Positions 21,365 through 33,425 of a stretch of DNA of 64,000 nucleotides are shown one piece after another; position 1 is the stretch's first letter; every line of letters starts with the position of its first letter. Where the stretch lies: assembly GCA_031376385.1 (NCBI GenBank), contig JANMDQ010000018.1, forward strand, positions 12,673-76,672, in the 5' to 3' direction. The notes below the pieces were generated by a model that was not told the DNA's origin, ran no database searches, and saw only the letters and a list, made by a program, of their open reading frames with translations. Made by a program: the position numbers and the translations under genes. The DNA comes from Sphingomonadales bacterium. Lineage in GTDB: Bacteria > Pseudomonadota > Alphaproteobacteria > Sphingomonadales > Sphingomonadaceae.

Positions 21365-22609
21365 CTATCGCCGCAGAGGGACAAGCGCCCCGCGCGTTAG
21401 GCATCGCCATAACCATTCGAGCGGACCGTGGCGGTGTCGGTCCATCCAGGGTTTTGACCAAAGCAGCATCACGGCCCACGCGGCGAAGACAAAAGCGTAA
21501 ACTGTTGCGCGCGATACATGGCCGAACAGACCAAAGCCGTAGCCGTAGAAGATTGTCGTCATGATGAGGGATGAGGCGATGTAGTTGCTGAACGCAACTT
21601 GGCCCGCCGCTATGATCCGCGCCATCAGATGAGGCCAGACGCCGGATTGAAGGATGAGGATCGCGACTGCTGCGTGCGCCATGGCAATGGGCACCCGAAA
21701 CGGCGTTGACCAAGCCGCAACGCTGCCGCCGACGACCAGAGTGTCATAGCCCGACACGACGCACCAGATGGCGAGCGCAGCCATGCCACTGATCCCAACC
21801 GCATAACCCATGCGTATGACGCGGATATAGGCTTCGCGGCTCCACTCTCCCGTCATGAATCCATTGCGGAACAACGCCATGCCGAGCGCCATGAGGCCGA
21901 GTGTTTCAGCCCCGTAGGCAATCACCAAAGCGATCGGGCCAAAGGCTTCCGTAACCACGCGGTCGTGCACGATGATGCTGTAGCTTGATCGCAGTGTCGC
22001 GACTTCCTGAGTGATGTCGGCGCTTCCCGGTGCGCCAAGGCCGGCAAGGGCGCTGGCTGCATCCACTGCCATTTGCGGATCTGCGCCGGGCGCTGTCGCC
22101 ATATGGACGAAGACCGCCATGCCGCCGATAATCCCCGCCCACAGCAGAAATCCAGCGCCAATGAATATCACCGCGCGAGTGATAAGAGCAGAGGCATCGC
22201 GGCCCCGCCACCGCCACGCGATCATCCCTGCAATGGCGTAAAGGAACAGGATATCGCCGTACCAGATAAGGCCGTAATGCAGCAGGCCGAACAGCGCGAG
22301 CCAGCCCATCCGCCTGAAATGCATCGCCTTTGCGCTGCCGGGAAGGGCAGCCTCCGCCCGGTCAATGAACAGCAGCATCGAAGTGCCGAACATGATCGAA
22401 AACAACGCGCGAAACTTCGCGTCGACCAAGATGAAGTTGACGACCCAGACGGATTGGTCCGCTATCGTTAGTCCCCTCCAAGCCAGCGGATTGATATAGG
22501 CGGCGGACGGCATCGCAAACGCAATGATGTTCATCAACAGGATCCCCATCACCGCGACCCCGCGCAAAAAATCAAGGGTAAGCAGGCGGGGCAGGGGGGA
22601 TATGTTCAT
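21365..22609 (-). CDS. DUF418 / YeiB-like membrane protein
   Basis: LDFLRGVAVMGIL, KFRALFSIMFG, GDIL..Y, FSNYI, GPLEWLWR. Confidence 0.88.
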   Translation of the reverse strand: MNISPLPRLLTLDFLRGVAVMGILLMNIIAFAMPSAAYINPLAWRGLTIADQSVWVVNFILVDAKFRALFSIMFGTSMLLFIDRAEAALPGSAKAMHFRRMGWLALFGLLHYGLIWYGDILFLYAIAGMIAWRWRGRDASALITRAVIFIGAGFLLWAGIIGGMAVFVHMATAPGADPQMAVDAASALAGLGAPGSADITQEVATLRSSYSIIVHDRVVTEAFGPIALVIAYGAETLGLMALGMALFRNGFMTGEWSREAYIRVIRMGYAVGISGMAALAIWCVVSGYDTLVVGGSVAAWSTPFRVPIAMAHAAVAILILQSGVWPHLMARIIAAGQVAFSNYIASSLIMTTIFYGYGFGLFGHVSRATVYAFVFAAWAVMLLWSKPWMDRHRHGPLEWLWRCLTRGALVPLRR

Positions 22610-22701
22610 TCCGTTTGATGACGCGGTGGGAACGGGGTGTAAAGTGCGCGCGCTCCGCGCTCATCTATGTTAAGGGGAGGCTTGTCGATTAGGAGCCTCC
22701 G

Positions 22702-23481
22702 TTGCAAACCGTTTCCGTCACTGCCTCTCTCATTTACACACTTCCCCAATCCTCTGATATCCTCCTCTCTGTCGAAGCGATTCCGATGGCGGATCAGCGT
22801 CTCATCAGCGACAATCTGACCGTGTGGGGGTGCGGGCCAATGACGCCTGTGGCGTGTATGGACGGGCTCGGTCAGCGCACATGGTTCACCGTCAGCGGTC
22901 GGCTGGACATTGTTTACACAGCAGTTGTGGAAATTGACCGCGCACCAACGGCCATTGCGGGGTTGGACCCTGGCCCCCACGCGGCCTTACCGCCTTATGT
23001 GATCCCCTATCTGATGCCGAGCCGATATTGCCCGTCTGACCTGCTTGAAAATTTTGTGATCGATACGTTCACCGCAACCAACAAAGGCGCGTTGATCCTT
23101 GAAATGGCGGAATGGATTTATACGCACATCGATTATGTGCCCGGAAGTACCGGATACCGCGCCACGGCGAGTGATGTTTTCCTTGGGCGGCGCGGGGTTT
23201 GCCGGGATTTTGCGCATTTGCTGATTGCCTTTGCCCGCGCTGCGGATGTGCCTGCTCGGATGGTGTCGGCTTATGCATTGGGCCTTGATCCGCCGGATTT
23301 TCATGCTGTGGTAGAAGTGTGGCTGGATGGCCGCTGGCACTTGGTTGATCCCACTCGTCTTGTCCCCGAAACCAACCTCGTCCGCATCGCCGTTGGCCGC
23401 GATGCCACTGACGTGGGTTTCATGACCATCTTTGGGACGGCAACGATGATGGAACAGTCTGTTGTCGTGACGGCAGTCTAA
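22702..23481 (+). CDS. Transglutaminase-like family protein
   Basis: RYCPSD, GVCRDFAHL (catalytic Cys), DFHAVVEVW.DG.W...D, GRDATD; AGGAG SD before TTG. Confidence 0.9.
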   Translation: MQTVSVTASLIYTLPQSSDILLSVEAIPMADQRLISDNLTVWGCGPMTPVACMDGLGQRTWFTVSGRLDIVYTAVVEIDRAPTAIAGLDPGPHAALPPYVIPYLMPSRYCPSDLLENFVIDTFTATNKGALILEMAEWIYTHIDYVPGSTGYRATASDVFLGRRGVCRDFAHLLIAFARAADVPARMVSAYALGLDPPDFHAVVEVWLDGRWHLVDPTRLVPETNLVRIAVGRDATDVGFMTIFGTATMMEQSVVVTAV

Positions 23482-23487
23482 GAAGCG

Positions 23488-23697
23488 ATGGCCCGCATGC
23501 TCTCCCCCGCCATCATCAGCGAAATCATTGAGATGGCGCTGAGTGATCATGTCAGCTTTGCCACAATCAAGCAGCAGCACGGGGTGAGTGCGGATGAAGT
23601 GAAAGCGCTCATGCGCTCTTCTCTAAAGCCCGGAAGCTACCGTGCGTGGCGAAAGCGGGTGCGGGATTTTGGGGACCGGAGGGAGCATTATAAATGA
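23488..23697 (+). CDS. TIGR03643 / DUF2805-like small protein
   Basis: IIEMALSDHVSF..I....G....EVKALMR..LKPGSYRAWRKRV pattern. Confidence 0.8.
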   Translation: MARMLSPAIISEIIEMALSDHVSFATIKQQHGVSADEVKALMRSSLKPGSYRAWRKRVRDFGDRREHYK

Positions 23698-23716
23698 AGC
23701 CGGGCAGGCTTCGTGG

Positions 23717-23745
23717 TTGACGCAAAGCTGTGCTGAGGCTAATGG
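23717..23745 (+). promoter_or_regulatory. Putative housekeeping promoter of the str/S10 superoperon
   Basis: TTGACG-N15-GCTAAT about 200 nt upstream of rpsL. Confidence 0.4.
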
Positions 23746-23946
23746 CCTCCTCGTCCGGTGGGTGCATCCTTTGCTTTGAGCGAACGGGGCAACCACAATA
23801 AACGGACATTTTACAGCGCTTGAACACTGTTTGTGCGGGTAAGGGCCGGGGGGCATCTGCTTCCATGGTCCTTTGTGTTTTGGGGGAAACCCTGATTCGC
23901 AGTCCTGTTCATCAGAGTAACTTCAAAAGAGAAGGTGAAGGGCTTC

Positions 23947-24318
23947 ATGCCAACAATCAATCAGCTGGTCCGCAAGGGCCGGGCGCCTCAGAAGGCGAAA
24001 TCAAAAGTTCCCGCAATGGAGCAAAACCCGCAAAAGCGCGGTGTTTGCACGCGTGTCTATACGACAACCCCTAAGAAGCCGAACTCGGCTCTCCGCAAGG
24101 TTGCCAAGATCCGCCTCACGAACGGGCGCGAAGTCATCAGCTATATTCCCGGTGAAGGGCATAATCTTCAGGAGCACTCTGTGGTTCTGATCCGTGGCGG
24201 TCGTGTTCGCGATCTTCCCGGTGTGCGTTATCACGTATTGCGCGGCGTTCTGGATACTCAGGGCGTCAAGGACCGTAAACAATCGCGTTCCAAATATGGC
24301 GCGAAGCGTCCTAAGTAA
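23947..24318 (+). CDS. rpsL: 30S ribosomal protein S12
   Basis: [27 protein letters not shown]. Confidence 0.99.
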   Translation: MPTINQLVRKGRAPQKAKSKVPAMEQNPQKRGVCTRVYTTTPKKPNSALRKVAKIRLTNGREVISYIPGEGHNLQEHSVVLIRGGRVRDLPGVRYHVLRGVLDTQGVKDRKQSRSKYGAKRPK

Positions 24319-24333
24319 GAAGGGAATAGAGAA

Positions 24334-24804
24334 ATGGCACGTCGTCGTCGCCCCGAAAAGCGGGTTATCTTGCCTGATCCCAAATTTGGGGATGAGGTTC
24401 TTTCCAAATTCATGAACAGCGTCATGCTGGACGGTAAAAAAGCCGTTGCAGAAGGGATTGTTTACACAGCCCTCGAAGTCATCGAAACCAAAGCGAAGAA
24501 GGACCCGATCGGCGTGTTCCATGATGCGCTGAACAATGTGAAGCCGGGCATCGAAGTCCGTTCACGTCGCGTTGGCGGTGCCACCTATCAGGTGCCTGTC
24601 GAAGTGCGGACGGAACGCGCTCAGGCGCTGGCCATTCGCTGGTTGATCACCGCTGCGCGTAATCGCAGTGAAAAGACCATGTCAGCACGGCTTTCAGCTG
24701 AACTGATGGATGCTTCCACCAACCGCGGTAACGCGGTGAAGAAGCGCGAAGATACACACCGGATGGCAGAAGCCAACCGCGCCTTCAGCCATTACCGCTG
24801 GTAA
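24334..24804 (+). CDS. rpsG: 30S ribosomal protein S7
   Basis: [24 protein letters not shown]. Confidence 0.99.
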   Translation: MARRRRPEKRVILPDPKFGDEVLSKFMNSVMLDGKKAVAEGIVYTALEVIETKAKKDPIGVFHDALNNVKPGIEVRSRRVGGATYQVPVEVRTERAQALAIRWLITAARNRSEKTMSARLSAELMDASTNRGNAVKKREDTHRMAEANRAFSHYRW

Positions 24805-24860
24805 CAGCGGGCTTATCGGACACCGTTGGTAATTGCACTTAAACTCTCGGAGTAATTGAC

Positions 24861-26936
24861 ATGGCACGCAGCCATCCACTTAGCATGTATCGCAATATCG
24901 GGATCATGGCGCACATCGACGCGGGTAAAACCACGACGACGGAGCGGATCCTGTATTACACCGGCAAATCCTATAAAATTGGCGAAGTGCACGAAGGCAC
25001 AGCGACGATGGATTGGATGGAGCAGGAGCAGGAGCGTGGGATCACGATCACTTCTGCTGCGACGACATGTTTCTGGAATGATCACCGGATCAACATCATC
25101 GACACGCCCGGCCACGTGGACTTCACGATTGAAGTTGAGCGTTCGCTGCGCGTGCTCGATGGTGCGGTTGCGTGCTTTGACGGTGTGGCAGGCGTTGAGC
25201 CTCAGTCTGAAACCGTTTGGCGTCAGGCCGAAAAATATAAAGTGCCGCGGATGTGCTTCATCAACAAGCTAGACCGCACCGGCGCGAATTTCGACATGTG
25301 CGTGGATATGATCAAGGACCGGCTGGGCGCTCGCCCACTGGTGCTTTATTTGCCCGTGGGCATCGAATCGAGCCTGAAGGGCCTTGTCGATCTGGTCGAA
25401 AACCGCGCCATCATCTGGGCGGACGAGTCACTCGGCGCTAAGTTTGAATATGAAGCTATTCCAGATGACTTGGCTGCCAAGGCTGCTGTTGCACGTTCCG
25501 AACTGATCGAAATGGTTGTCGAGCAAGACGATGACGTGATGGAAGCCTATCTGGAAGGCACAGAGCCTGACGTGGCGACGATCAAGCGTTTGATCCGCAA
25601 GGGAACGCTTAACTTCTCCTTCGTTCCCATTCTTTGCGGTTCGGCGTTCAAGAATAAGGGCGTTCAGCCTCTGCTGGATGCTGTCGTCGATTATCTGCCT
25701 TCGCCGCTCGACATTCCTGATATCGAAGGTTTGAAGCTGGACGGCGTCACTGTTGAAACACGTGCGGCCGCTGATGATGCTCCGTTCTCCGCGCTGGCCT
25801 TCAAGATCATGAACGATCCGTTCGTGGGAACGCTGACCTTTGCCCGTATTTATTCCGGATCGCTTGAAACAGCGACGCAAGTGATGAATTCGGTGAAGGA
25901 CAAGAAGGAAAAGGTCGGCCGTATGCTTCTTATGCATGCCAACGACCGCGAAGACATTCAGGTGGCTTATGCTGGCGACATTGTGGCGCTGGCGGGCCTT
26001 AAGGATACGACGACTGGGGATACACTTTGTGCCCTTAATGCGCCGATCATTCTTGAGCGGATGGAATTTCCTGATCCCGTCATCGAAGTGGCCGTGGAAC
26101 CAAAGACCAAGGCTGACCAAGAAAAGATGGGCATTGCGCTTAATCGCCTTGCCCGCGAAGATCCGTCGTTTCGCGTCACGTCAGACCATGAATCTGGCCA
26201 AACGATCATCAAGGGTATGGGTGAGCTTCACCTTGAAATCCTGGTTGACCGTATGCGTCGCGAATTCAAGGTGGAGGCCAATGTTGGCGCGCCGCAGGTC
26301 GCTTACCGCGAATATCTGGGTAAAAAAGTTGATATCGACTATACCCATAAGAAGCAGTCGGGCGGTTCAGGCCAGTTTGGCCGCGTGAAATTCACTGTTG
26401 AGCCCGGCGAACGGGGTTCAGGCGTGGTGTTCCATGATGAAGTCAAGGGCGGGAATATTCCAAAGGAATATATTCCATCAGTGGAAAAGGGCATGCGCGA
26501 AACCGCAGAGTCCGGATCGCTGATTGGTTTCCCGATCATCGATTTCGCGATCCGCCTCTATGATGGTGCCTATCATGACGTCGATTCTTCGGCATTGGCG
26601 TTTGAAATTGCAGGCCGTGCAGCGATGCGTGAAGCGGCGCAAAAATCTGGCATCAAGTTGCTGGAGCCGATCATGAAAGTCGAAGTCGTCACTCCTGAGA
26701 ATTTCTTGGGCGATGTCATCGGTGACATGAACAGCCGTCGTGGCCAAATTCAAGGCACTGATACGCGCGGAAATGCTCAGGTTGTGGAGGCAATGGTGCC
26801 ACTCGCCAACATGTTTGGCTATGTGAATCAGTTGCGTTCTTTCACGCAAGGGCGTGCGCAATATTCGATGCACTTCTCCCATTATGACGAAGTTCCATCG
26901 AACGTCGCAGAAGAGGTGAAGGCAAAGCTTGCCTGA
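24861..26936 (+). CDS. fusA: Elongation factor G
   Basis: [23 protein letters not shown]. Confidence 0.99.
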   Translation: MARSHPLSMYRNIGIMAHIDAGKTTTTERILYYTGKSYKIGEVHEGTATMDWMEQEQERGITITSAATTCFWNDHRINIIDTPGHVDFTIEVERSLRVLDGAVACFDGVAGVEPQSETVWRQAEKYKVPRMCFINKLDRTGANFDMCVDMIKDRLGARPLVLYLPVGIESSLKGLVDLVENRAIIWADESLGAKFEYEAIPDDLAAKAAVARSELIEMVVEQDDDVMEAYLEGTEPDVATIKRLIRKGTLNFSFVPILCGSAFKNKGVQPLLDAVVDYLPSPLDIPDIEGLKLDGVTVETRAAADDAPFSALAFKIMNDPFVGTLTFARIYSGSLETATQVMNSVKDKKEKVGRMLLMHANDREDIQVAYAGDIVALAGLKDTTTGDTLCALNAPIILERMEFPDPVIEVAVEPKTKADQEKMGIALNRLAREDPSFRVTSDHESGQTIIKGMGELHLEILVDRMRREFKVEANVGAPQVAYREYLGKKVDIDYTHKKQSGGSGQFGRVKFTVEPGERGSGVVFHDEVKGGNIPKEYIPSVEKGMRETAESGSLIGFPIIDFAIRLYDGAYHDVDSSALAFEIAGRAAMREAAQKSGIKLLEPIMKVEVVTPENFLGDVIGDMNSRRGQIQGTDTRGNAQVVEAMVPLANMFGYVNQLRSFTQGRAQYSMHFSHYDEVPSNVAEEVKAKLA

Positions 26937-27026
26937 TTTGGAAACACAGACTAATGGCGACGCCTGATTCAGACGGCGTCCGCCAGAGTTGATCAACTTA
27001 AACGTAAGAAAAACGAGGACAGTATA

Positions 27027-28217
27027 ATGGCCAAGGCTAAATTTGAGCGGAACAAGCCGCACTGCAACATCGGAACCATCGGTCACGTCGATCATGGTAA
27101 GACATCGCTGACCGCAGCGATTACCAAGATTCTCGCCGAATCTGGCGGCGCAACTTTCACGTCTTACGATAATATCGATAAGGCCCCTGAAGAGCGTGAG
27201 CGCGGCATCACGATTTCGACGGCTCACGTTGAATATGAAACCGAAGCGCGTCACTACGCGCACGTCGATTGCCCAGGCCACGCTGACTATGTGAAGAACA
27301 TGATCACGGGTGCGGCGCAAATGGATGGCGGCATTCTGGTTGTGTCCGCAACCGATGGCCCAATGCCACAAACGCGCGAGCACATTCTGCTCGCCCGTCA
27401 GGTCGGTGTGCCTCAGCTCGTTGTATTCATGAACAAGTGCGATCTGGTCGATGACCCAGAAATCATCGAACTGGTTGAAATGGAAATCCGTGAGCTGCTC
27501 TCGAAGTATGACTTTGACGGCGACAACATCCCTGTCATTCAGGGTTCGGCGACTTGCGCTCTGAACGACAGCGATCCTGTGCTGGGCCGCGAAGCTGTGC
27601 TGAAGCTGATGGCTGCAGTCGACAGCTTCATTCCTCAGCCTGCGCGTCCTCTGGACCTCGCATTCCTGATGCCAATCGAAGACGTGTTCTCGATCTCGGG
27701 CCGCGGTACGGTTGTTACAGGTCGCGTTGAACAAGGTATCGTGAAGGTTGGTGAAGAAGTTGAGATCGTTGGTCTCAAGGACACCAAGAAGACGGTTGTG
27801 ACGGGCGTTGAAATGTTCCGCAAGCTGCTCGATCAGGGTCAAGCTGGCGACAACATCGGCGCACTCATCCGCGGCGTTGGCCGTGATGAAGTTGAGCGTG
27901 GGCAGGTTCTTTGCAAGCCCGGCTCGATCAAGCCACACACTGAATTCACTTCAGAAGTTTATGTGCTGTCGAAGGATGAAGGCGGGCGTCACACGCCATT
28001 CTTCGCCAACTATCGCCCACAATTTTACTTCCGCACGACCGACGTGACGGGTGAAGTTGTTCTGCCAGAAGGTACCGAAATGGTCATGCCTGGTGACAAT
28101 GTTCAACTCGGCGTCAAGCTCATTGCCCCAATCGCAATGGAGCAAGGCCTGCGCTTCTCAATTCGTGAAGGCGGTCGTACCGTTGGATCAGGGGTTGTGG
28201 CAGCAGTCACGAAGTAA
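27027..28217 (+). CDS. tuf: Elongation factor Tu
   Basis: [25 protein letters not shown]. Confidence 0.99.
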   Translation: MAKAKFERNKPHCNIGTIGHVDHGKTSLTAAITKILAESGGATFTSYDNIDKAPEERERGITISTAHVEYETEARHYAHVDCPGHADYVKNMITGAAQMDGGILVVSATDGPMPQTREHILLARQVGVPQLVVFMNKCDLVDDPEIIELVEMEIRELLSKYDFDGDNIPVIQGSATCALNDSDPVLGREAVLKLMAAVDSFIPQPARPLDLAFLMPIEDVFSISGRGTVVTGRVEQGIVKVGEEVEIVGLKDTKKTVVTGVEMFRKLLDQGQAGDNIGALIRGVGRDEVERGQVLCKPGSIKPHTEFTSEVYVLSKDEGGRHTPFFANYRPQFYFRTTDVTGEVVLPEGTEMVMPGDNVQLGVKLIAPIAMEQGLRFSIREGGRTVGSGVVAAVTK

Positions 28218-28232
28218 GCTCTCATATCAAAG

Positions 28233-28273
28233 CCGCCCGGCACTCATTTGAGTGCCGGGCGGTTTATTCGTTT
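28233..28273 (+). terminator. Terminator-like GC hairpin after tuf
   Basis: CCGCCCGGCACTC-attt-GAGTGCCGGGCGG followed by tttattcgtttt. Confidence 0.6.
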
Positions 28274-28304
28274 TAACTCGCTCTTTCTCATCGGTGGTAG
28301 GTAA

Positions 28305-28616
28305 ATGGAAACGCAGAATATCCGTATTCGTCTGAAGGCTTTTGATCATCGTGTTCTTGATCAGGCAACGGGCGATATCGCCGATACAGCAAAGCGCACA
28401 GGTGCTTTGATCCGCGGTCCTATTCCTCTTCCGACGAAGATTGAAAAGTTCTGCGTCAACCGTGGTCCCCATGTCGATAAAAAGTCGCGGGAACAGTTTG
28501 AAGTCCGCACGTACAAGCGCTTGCTTGATATCATTCAACCTACCCCGCAAACGGTCGATGCTTTGATGAAGCTTGATCTTGCAGCAGGGGTTGATGTTGA
28601 AATTAAACTAGCCTAA
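28305..28616 (+). CDS. rpsJ: 30S ribosomal protein S10
   Basis: [26 protein letters not shown]. Confidence 0.99.
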   Translation: METQNIRIRLKAFDHRVLDQATGDIADTAKRTGALIRGPIPLPTKIEKFCVNRGPHVDKKSREQFEVRTYKRLLDIIQPTPQTVDALMKLDLAAGVDVEIKLA

Positions 28617-28811
28617 CGATCCTGTGTCTCCGCAAGGGGATTCGGGATACCGCACGTCTTTACGGCGTGGCTGCGTCCCCCGCTTTTTCCGCTCCTTTAC
28701 AGGAGCAGAAGCTCAGCCCGAGCGGGGCGATGTTCACATTTCTGGGTTGAAGACACGCCCGTGGGGAATGGTTCCTCATGGGCCTCTGTTCGTATTGGAA
28801 GGTAGTAGATC

Positions 28812-29627
28812 ATGCGCACTGGCGTGATCGCGAAGAAGGTCGGAATGACGCGCATCTTTAATCAAGATGGCCGCCACGTTCCTGTTACCGTTCTCTCGCT
28901 TGAAAAATGTCAGGTCGTTTCGCACCGGACTGCAGACCGTGACGGTTATGTCGCGCTGCAATTGGGGGCAGGCGCGGCTAAGGCTAAGAATGTTGCGAAG
29001 CCGCAACGAGGCCACTTCGCCAAGGCAGAGGTTGAGCCCAAAGCTCGTCTCGTCGAATTCCGGGTATCAGAAGACGCAATGGTTGCGGTTGGCGCGGAAA
29101 TCGCCGCCAGCCACTTTGTCGCGGGCCAAATGGTCGATGTTGCTGGTCACACGCAAGGTAAAGGCTTTGCCGGCGCTATGAAGCGTTGGGGCTTCGGCGG
29201 CTTGCGCGCGACGCACGGTGTGTCCGTGTCTCACCGTTCGCACGGTTCGACGGGCCAGCGTCAGGATCCAGGCAAGGTTTTCAAGAATAAGAAAATGGCC
29301 GGCCACATGGGCGACCGTGAACGCACACAGCAAAATCTCGAAATTGTCCTGACGGATGAAGAGCGCGGTTTGCTGTTCGTGCGGGGTTCGGTTCCCGGCG
29401 CAAAGGGTGGCTGGTTGACTGTGATCGATTCTGTGAAGGTCGCTCGCCCAGCGGACGCGCCGTATCCAGCTGCGATCCGCTCGGCTGGTGCTCCAGCTGC
29501 TGAAGAAATCGCCGAAGATGTTGTTGTCGAAGAAGTCGCTGTTGAAGCGATTGCCGAAGACACAGCAGCTGTCACTGAAACCGCAGTGGAGGCAGCCGCC
29601 CCCACGCAAACACCGAAGGAGGGCTAA
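28812..29627 (+). CDS. rplC: 50S ribosomal protein L3 with acidic C-terminal tail
   Basis: [28 protein letters not shown]. Confidence 0.98.
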   Translation: MRTGVIAKKVGMTRIFNQDGRHVPVTVLSLEKCQVVSHRTADRDGYVALQLGAGAAKAKNVAKPQRGHFAKAEVEPKARLVEFRVSEDAMVAVGAEIAASHFVAGQMVDVAGHTQGKGFAGAMKRWGFGGLRATHGVSVSHRSHGSTGQRQDPGKVFKNKKMAGHMGDRERTQQNLEIVLTDEERGLLFVRGSVPGAKGGWLTVIDSVKVARPADAPYPAAIRSAGAPAAEEIAEDVVVEEVAVEAIAEDTAAVTETAVEAAAPTQTPKEG

Positions 29628-29630
29628 GCC

Positions 29631-30257
29631 GTGAAGGTGAAACTTCAAACCCTCGACGCGAGTGGCAAAGGCGATGTGGAACTGTCTGACGACATTTTCG
29701 GTATCGATCCCCGCGCGGACATTTTGCACCGTGTCATCACGTGGCAGCTTGAAAAGCGCCGTGCGACAGCCCGCGGAGCGCGTGAGCGGTCCGATGTGGC
29801 CCGCACAGGTAAGAAATTCGGCAACCAAAAGGGCGGTGGTACGGCTCGGCATGGTAACCGTCGTGGTCCAACTTTCGTTGGTGGCGGTAAGGCGCACGGT
29901 CCTCGCGTTCGTGACTTTAACCCATCGCTCAACAAGAAGATCCGTACCCTCGGCCTGAAGATGGCTTTGTCATCCAAGGCGATGGACGGCTCGCTTGTCG
30001 TGATGGACTCAATTGCGGTTGCGGAAGGTAAGACCAAGTCATTGGCTCTGTCCTTTGCAAAGCTGGGCTTTTCAAAGCGCACGCTGGTGATTGACGGCAC
30101 TCAAGTGGAACAAAGCTTCGCGCTTGCTGCGTCCAACCTGATCGGTGTTGATGCCATGCCTGCCATGGGTGCCAATGTGTATGACATCATTCGGGCCGAA
30201 ACGCTGGTTCTGACCCGCGCTGGCCTCGAACAGCTGGAGGCGCGTCTCAATGGCTAA
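29631..30257 (+). CDS. rplD: 50S ribosomal protein L4
   Basis: [18 protein letters not shown]. Confidence 0.98.
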   Translation: MKVKLQTLDASGKGDVELSDDIFGIDPRADILHRVITWQLEKRRATARGARERSDVARTGKKFGNQKGGGTARHGNRRGPTFVGGGKAHGPRVRDFNPSLNKKIRTLGLKMALSSKAMDGSLVVMDSIAVAEGKTKSLALSFAKLGFSKRTLVIDGTQVEQSFALAASNLIGVDAMPAMGANVYDIIRAETLVLTRAGLEQLEARLNG

Positions 30258-30564
30258 GCAACCCAAAGCGAGCGTGAAGCTCAGTCAATATGACGTGATC
30301 CGCAGCCCGCACATCACCGAAAAGGCCACCATGGCATCTGAATATAACGCTGTTGTATTCAAAGTTGCCAATGATGCGTCGAAGCCGGAAATTAAGGCAG
30401 CGGTAGAGGCCCTTTTCAATGTGAAGGTTCTGACCGTCAACACCATTGTCCAAAAGGGAAAGACCAAAAAGTGGAAGGGCACGCCCTACACTCGGTCCGA
30501 CTTCAAAAAAGCAATCGTGCGGTTGGCTGAAGGCCAATCAATCGATGTGACCACGGGGATTTAA
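30250..30564 (+). CDS. rplW: 50S ribosomal protein L23
   Basis: [27 protein letters not shown]. Confidence 0.97.
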   Translation: MAKQPKASVKLSQYDVIRSPHITEKATMASEYNAVVFKVANDASKPEIKAAVEALFNVKVLTVNTIVQKGKTKKWKGTPYTRSDFKKAIVRLAEGQSIDVTTGI

Positions 30565-30569
30565 GCGCC

Positions 30570-31406
30570 ATGGCACTAAAGCATTATAATCCAACCAGCC
30601 CGGCTCGCCGCGGTCTGATCTTGGTGGATCGTTCCGCCCTGCACAAAGGAAAGCCCGTCAAGGCGCTGACTGAAGGCAAGCGTAAAACGGGTGGCCGCAA
30701 TAATAAGGGCCATGTGACATCGCGCGGCATCGCTGGTGGTCACAAGCAACGCTATCGCATTATCGACTTTAAGCGTCGGAAATGGGATGTCGAAGCCACA
30801 GTTGAGCGTCTGGAATATGACCCCAACCGCACCGCGTTTATCGCACTGGTCAATTATCCAGACGGTGAACAGACTTATATCATCGCGCCGCAGCGTCTTG
30901 CCCCTGGTGACAAGGTTATTGCTGGCAAGAAAACCGATGTGAAGCCTGGCAACGCCATGGAACTCGGCCAAATGCCTGTTGGTACCATTGTCCACAATGT
31001 GGAAATGAAGCCCGGCAAAGGTGCTCAGATCGCTCGTTCGGCAGGCACTTATGTGCAAGTCGTTGGTCGCGATAAGGGCATGGTCATTGTCCGCCTGAAC
31101 TCAGGCGAGCAACGCTACATCCGTTCGGATTGCATGGCGACTGTTGGTGCTGTCTCTAACCCAGACAACGCCAACACAAATCTTGCCAAGGCTGGCCGCA
31201 ACCGCTGGAAGGGCATTCGTCCTCTTACGCGCGGTGTGGCAAAGAACCCAGTCGATCACCCTCATGGTGGTGGTGAAGGCCGGACCTCTGGTGGTCGTCA
31301 TCCTGTGACGCCGTGGGGCAAGCCGACCAAGGGCGCACGCACTCGCAACAACAAATCGACTGACAAGATGATCATCCGGTCACGTCACGCGAAGAAGAAG
31401 AGGTAG
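30570..31406 (+). CDS. rplB: 50S ribosomal protein L2
   Basis: [20 protein letters not shown]. Confidence 0.99.
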   Translation: MALKHYNPTSPARRGLILVDRSALHKGKPVKALTEGKRKTGGRNNKGHVTSRGIAGGHKQRYRIIDFKRRKWDVEATVERLEYDPNRTAFIALVNYPDGEQTYIIAPQRLAPGDKVIAGKKTDVKPGNAMELGQMPVGTIVHNVEMKPGKGAQIARSAGTYVQVVGRDKGMVIVRLNSGEQRYIRSDCMATVGAVSNPDNANTNLAKAGRNRWKGIRPLTRGVAKNPVDHPHGGGEGRTSGGRHPVTPWGKPTKGARTRNNKSTDKMIIRSRHAKKKR

Positions 31407-31408
31407 TC

Positions 31409-31687
31409 ATGGCTCGTTCCGTCTGGAAAGGTCCGTTTGTTGACCTTCATCTCTTGAAGAAAGCCGAAGCTGCTGTTGAAGCAGGCAGCCGCACTGGCCC
31501 GATCAAAACTTGGTCGCGTCGTTCGACAATCCTGCCTCAGTTCGTTGGCCTCACTTTCAGCGTCTATAATGGCCGCAAGTTCATTCCTGTTTCGGTTAAC
31601 GAAGACATGGTGGGCATGAAGCTTGGCGAATTTTCACCGACGCGGACTTTTCCGGGTCATGCCGCTGATAAGAAGGGCAAACGCTAA
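31409..31687 (+). CDS. rpsS: 30S ribosomal protein S19
   Basis: [27 protein letters not shown]. Confidence 0.99.
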   Translation: MARSVWKGPFVDLHLLKKAEAAVEAGSRTGPIKTWSRRSTILPQFVGLTFSVYNGRKFIPVSVNEDMVGMKLGEFSPTRTFPGHAADKKGKR

Positions 31688-32067
31688 TGGGTAAGCAAGT
31701 CGCCCCGCGCCGCGTTGCTGAGAACGAGGCTCTTGCCGTCGCTACGATGGTTCGTGGTTCTGATCGCAAGCTCAACCTTGTTGCGGGCCTGATCCGCGGC
31801 AAGAAAGTAAGTCACGCCCTCAACATCCTGTCCTTCTCAAAGCGCGCTATGGCGCTTGATGTGAAAAAGGTGCTGGCATCGGCAATTGCAAACGCAGAAA
31901 ACAACCATAACCTGGATGTGGATGCTCTTGTCGTTGCAGAAGCCAGCGTTGGCAAGTCAATGTCGATGAAGCGGTTCGCCACACGTGCGCGCGGCCGTTC
32001 ATCGCAGATCGTGAAGCCGTTCAGCCGCATTCGTGTGGTTGTCCGCCAGATCGAAGAGGAAGCATAA
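31687..32067 (+). CDS. rplV: 50S ribosomal protein L22
   Basis: [15 protein letters not shown]; operon position. Confidence 0.97.
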   Translation: MGKQVAPRRVAENEALAVATMVRGSDRKLNLVAGLIRGKKVSHALNILSFSKRAMALDVKKVLASAIANAENNHNLDVDALVVAEASVGKSMSMKRFATRARGRSSQIVKPFSRIRVVVRQIEEEA

Positions 32068-32068
32068 T

Positions 32069-32764
32069 ATGGGTCAGAAGAGCAACCCGATTGGCCTTCG
32101 CCTGCAAATCAACCGTACTTGGGACAGCCGCTGGTTTGCCCGGGGCGCTGAATACGGGCGTTTGCTTCTCGAAGATTTGAAGCTGCGCGAATTCATCTTC
32201 AAGACGCTGCCACAGGCTGCGATTTCGAAGGTCGTGATTGAGCGTCCGGCCAAGAATTGCCGTGTATCCATCTATGCTGCGCGCCCCGGTGTGATCATCG
32301 GCAAAAAGGGCACGGATATTGAAAAGCTGCGCAAGCAGCTGGCCGCAATGACAAAGAGCGATGTGTCTTTGAACATTGTCGAAATCCGCAAGCCAGAAGT
32401 TGATGCGCGTCTTGTCGCGCAAGGTATCGCTGATCAGCTGGAGCGCCGGATTGCTTTCCGTCGCGCCATGAAGCGCGCCGTGCAATCTGCGATGCGTTTG
32501 GGTGCTGAAGGCATTCGGATCAATTGCGGTGGCCGCTTGGGTGGCGCAGAAATCGCGCGGACTGAATGGTACCGCGAAGGCCGCGTTCCGCTCCACACGC
32601 TGCGTGCCAATGTCGATTATGCTGAAGTGCAAGCGCATACAGCTTATGGCGTTTGCGGCATCAAGGTTTGGATTTTCAAGGGCGAAATTCTGGGTCATGA
32701 CCCGATGGCGACTGATCGCCTGATGGTTGAGGCGCAGACATCCGGCGTCCGCCCGGCACGCTGA
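32069..32764 (+). CDS. rpsC: 30S ribosomal protein S3
   Basis: [29 protein letters not shown]. Confidence 0.99.
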   Translation: MGQKSNPIGLRLQINRTWDSRWFARGAEYGRLLLEDLKLREFIFKTLPQAAISKVVIERPAKNCRVSIYAARPGVIIGKKGTDIEKLRKQLAAMTKSDVSLNIVEIRKPEVDARLVAQGIADQLERRIAFRRAMKRAVQSAMRLGAEGIRINCGGRLGGAEIARTEWYREGRVPLHTLRANVDYAEVQAHTAYGVCGIKVWIFKGEILGHDPMATDRLMVEAQTSGVRPAR

Positions 32765-32774
32765 GGAACAGAAA

Positions 32775-33206
32775 ATGTTGCAACCAAAGAAAACCAAATT
32801 CCGCAAGGCGTTTAAGGGTCGTATTCACGGCGATGCGAAAGGCGGCACTGCGCTCAACTTCGGGTCTTATGGCCTGAAAGCGATGGAGCCGGACCGTCTG
32901 ACAGCCCGTCAAATCGAAGCTGCTCGTCGTGCCATCACCCGCGCGATTAAGCGTCAGGGTCGTTTGTGGATCCGCATTTTCCCAGACGTGCCTGTCTCAG
33001 CCAAGCCTGCCGAAGTTCGCATGGGTAAGGGTAAGGGCTCGCCTGAATATTGGGCCGCTCGTGTGAAACCAGGTCGTATCCTGTTTGAACTTGACGGCGT
33101 TCCTGGCCCCGTTGCCGCACTTGCCTTTGAGCGTGCGGCAATGAAACTGCCAATCAAAGTGAAGGTTGTTGCCCGTCTGGGTGATACCTCGCATTTGGGA
33201 GCCTGA
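32775..33206 (+). CDS. rplP: 50S ribosomal protein L16
   Basis: [18 protein letters not shown]. Confidence 0.99.
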   Translation: MLQPKKTKFRKAFKGRIHGDAKGGTALNFGSYGLKAMEPDRLTARQIEAARRAITRAIKRQGRLWIRIFPDVPVSAKPAEVRMGKGKGSPEYWAARVKPGRILFELDGVPGPVAALAFERAAMKLPIKVKVVARLGDTSHLGA

Positions 33207-33208
33207 TC

Positions 33209-33415
33209 ATGACCAAATTTGCAGACATCAAGGTCAAGACTGATGACCAAGTTGCAGAGCAGCTGGGCGAACTGAAGCGTGAGGCGATGAACCTTCGCTT
33301 TCAGGCTGCGACCAGCCAGCTGGAAAAGCCGTCACGTGTGCGCGTTGTGCGCCGTGACATTGCCCGCCTCAAGACGCTTCAGGGCCAACGCGCCTCTGAC
33401 GCTGCCAAGGCATAA
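33209..33415 (+). CDS. rpmC: 50S ribosomal protein L29
   Basis: NLRFQ, RRDIAR. Confidence 0.96.
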   Translation: MTKFADIKVKTDDQVAEQLGELKREAMNLRFQAATSQLEKPSRVRVVRRDIARLKTLQGQRASDAAKA

Positions 33416-33425
33416 GGAAAACGAC

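Noticed and set aside
26478-27938. 486-aa minus-strand ORF over fusA/tuf
   Set aside because: Antisense shadow of highly biased, conserved genes; no recognisable motifs.
28239-28256. GCACTC/GAGTGC inverted repeat resembling CIRCE
   Set aside because: Spacer is 4 nt rather than 9 and the TTA/TAA ends are missing; better explained as the post-tuf hairpin.
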